Positions 62,455 through 64,000 of a DNA stretch of 64,000 nt are shown piece after piece. Source of the stretch: the human T2T-CHM13v2.0 reference genome, Homo sapiens; assembly GCF_009914755.1 (NCBI RefSeq), contig NC_060929.1. One strand, given 5' to 3'. Both the position numbers and the translations under genes were made by a program. The number at the start of each line of letters is the position of its first letter. The stretch's first letter is position 1. The notes below the pieces were generated by a model. That model was not told where the DNA came from. It was given only the letters and a program-made list of their open reading frames with translations, and ran no database searches.

Positions 62455-64000
62455 TAATGCTTCAAACCTTAAATTAAATTAGAACCAAGTTAATGGCAAA
62501 GTGCTGTCTGATAATTTTAAAAAATGACAAAGCTGGTATTATAAATTAAATAATATCTAACTTTGTAACTCAAGAACCTTTCAATTTTTCGTCCCTAGAA
62601 ATGATATTCCAGCTCTTGCTATTAAGCCAAGTTCTTGCTTTCAATGCATGTATAGCTTACCACTAGAAACACCTATAGCTTTTCAAATAAAATATTTAAA
62701 AATTTATGTCATGAATATCATGAAAATGTTTCCTTATAACGCAGAATGTTGTTTTCAGCTTCAATGTATATTCAATTTCTATTTTAAAATATTATCAAGA
62801 TAGGATTTACATAATAGAAACACTTCACTATCTAGAAAACAGCTTGAGCTATAGTTGTCCAATAAATCATTGCCAATTAACAATTAACCTAGGACTATTT
62901 TAAAAGGTATGCGAAAACATTTTATGACTAGCATACTAATTATATTTATACACAAATAGCTCCAAGTACCTGTAAGATATATATGAATATATTGCAAATA
63001 TATTTATATGAATGTGTATATGTTTTACAGGTACTTGGCCTATGTAGACACAGCCCTTATAATCTTTGCATTGCTGACTTCCTTAACAACCTCCATCCTC
63101 TCTTTTTTCTGGTACAGATAAAATACAAGTAAACTTCCACTCAAACCCTGTCTAAATGATCTCAATTAGTAGAGCCTGAATTCGTGGTGATTTGCTATAC
63201 ACACTTAGCCACTTCAATAATAATCTTAAGTAAATGGATTTTGAGTAATATTGCTAAATGAGATTTTAAGCATGACTAAGTATGACATTTGTGGAAGGGG
63301 CTTTATTTCCCAGTTCCCTTGGAAACAAAAGGAGTGAGCTGGGTTTAGTAAGGTAATGGCTAACATTTGATAATAACCTGCGATTGTGTAGCACTTTATC
63401 CCATCAACAGGAAGCACTCTGAGACTCACTATAACCCTGGAAGGAGCAAGTCACTCCGCCATTTGTCATTTTCTCTCAATTCCGGGTCCTCATCCTGTTC
63501 TAAGGCTCTCTCGGGTTGCGGATTGTCATCAGTTCCACATGTCGCCTAAGCATTTCCAGGAGTTCAGCAACTCAAACCTTTCAAGTTTAAGATCAAGATG
63601 TTCCCAAGTCAATAGCAGGCTCTGAATGCCAAGTATTCAGGTCAGAAAAGAAAAAGTGATCCAAGTCTTTGAGCACAGGATAATAAACTACTATATACTC
63701 AGTTCTTGCTTCAAATTTAAAGTGCTTGAGCTCTGAGTCACAAGGTCCCTGGTACATTTATTACAGGGTCTGGAGCAGAATGAAATTGGAAATGAGTGAC
63801 TGTTATATGGTGGCATAATGTAAAGCTGGATGTGATCCTTGGAGTGTTTGAGCTAAGTATCACACTTCTAGTGCTGGGAGATGGAGCTGGAAGCCCATGG
63901 TGCTCACAGGGACTTCGGTGAAACTCACATGGCATCAACAATGTTCAGTGGCTGCTAGGATTTTTGAAATACCCCAGAGAAACAATAAATAAATTCCATT

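Overview
This is human genomic DNA, not prokaryotic: the IL7R locus on chr5p13.2. The complete IL7R gene lies on the + strand, with 8 coding exons, ATG at 21242, stop at 40756 and a long 3' UTR ending near 43873. The haplotype encodes Thr66, Ile138, Thr244 and Val356. Also visible are the proximal promoter, an upstream NF-kB/GRE/FOXO enhancer and an intron-6 cryptic poly(A) signal. The flanks are dense with nested retroelements (L1, an ERV1 remnant, full-length THE1, MER4, Alu, a solo LTR12C). The most interesting feature is missed by the ORF track: a complete minus-strand terminal exon (CDS 60565-60464) with a strong acceptor, stop codon and poly(A) signal. It encodes a diverged second copy of the CAPSL (calcyphosine-like) C-terminus and is a candidate duplicated alternative last exon. 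Repeat subfamily names, rsIDs and reference protein sequences are recalled from memory and were not searched.
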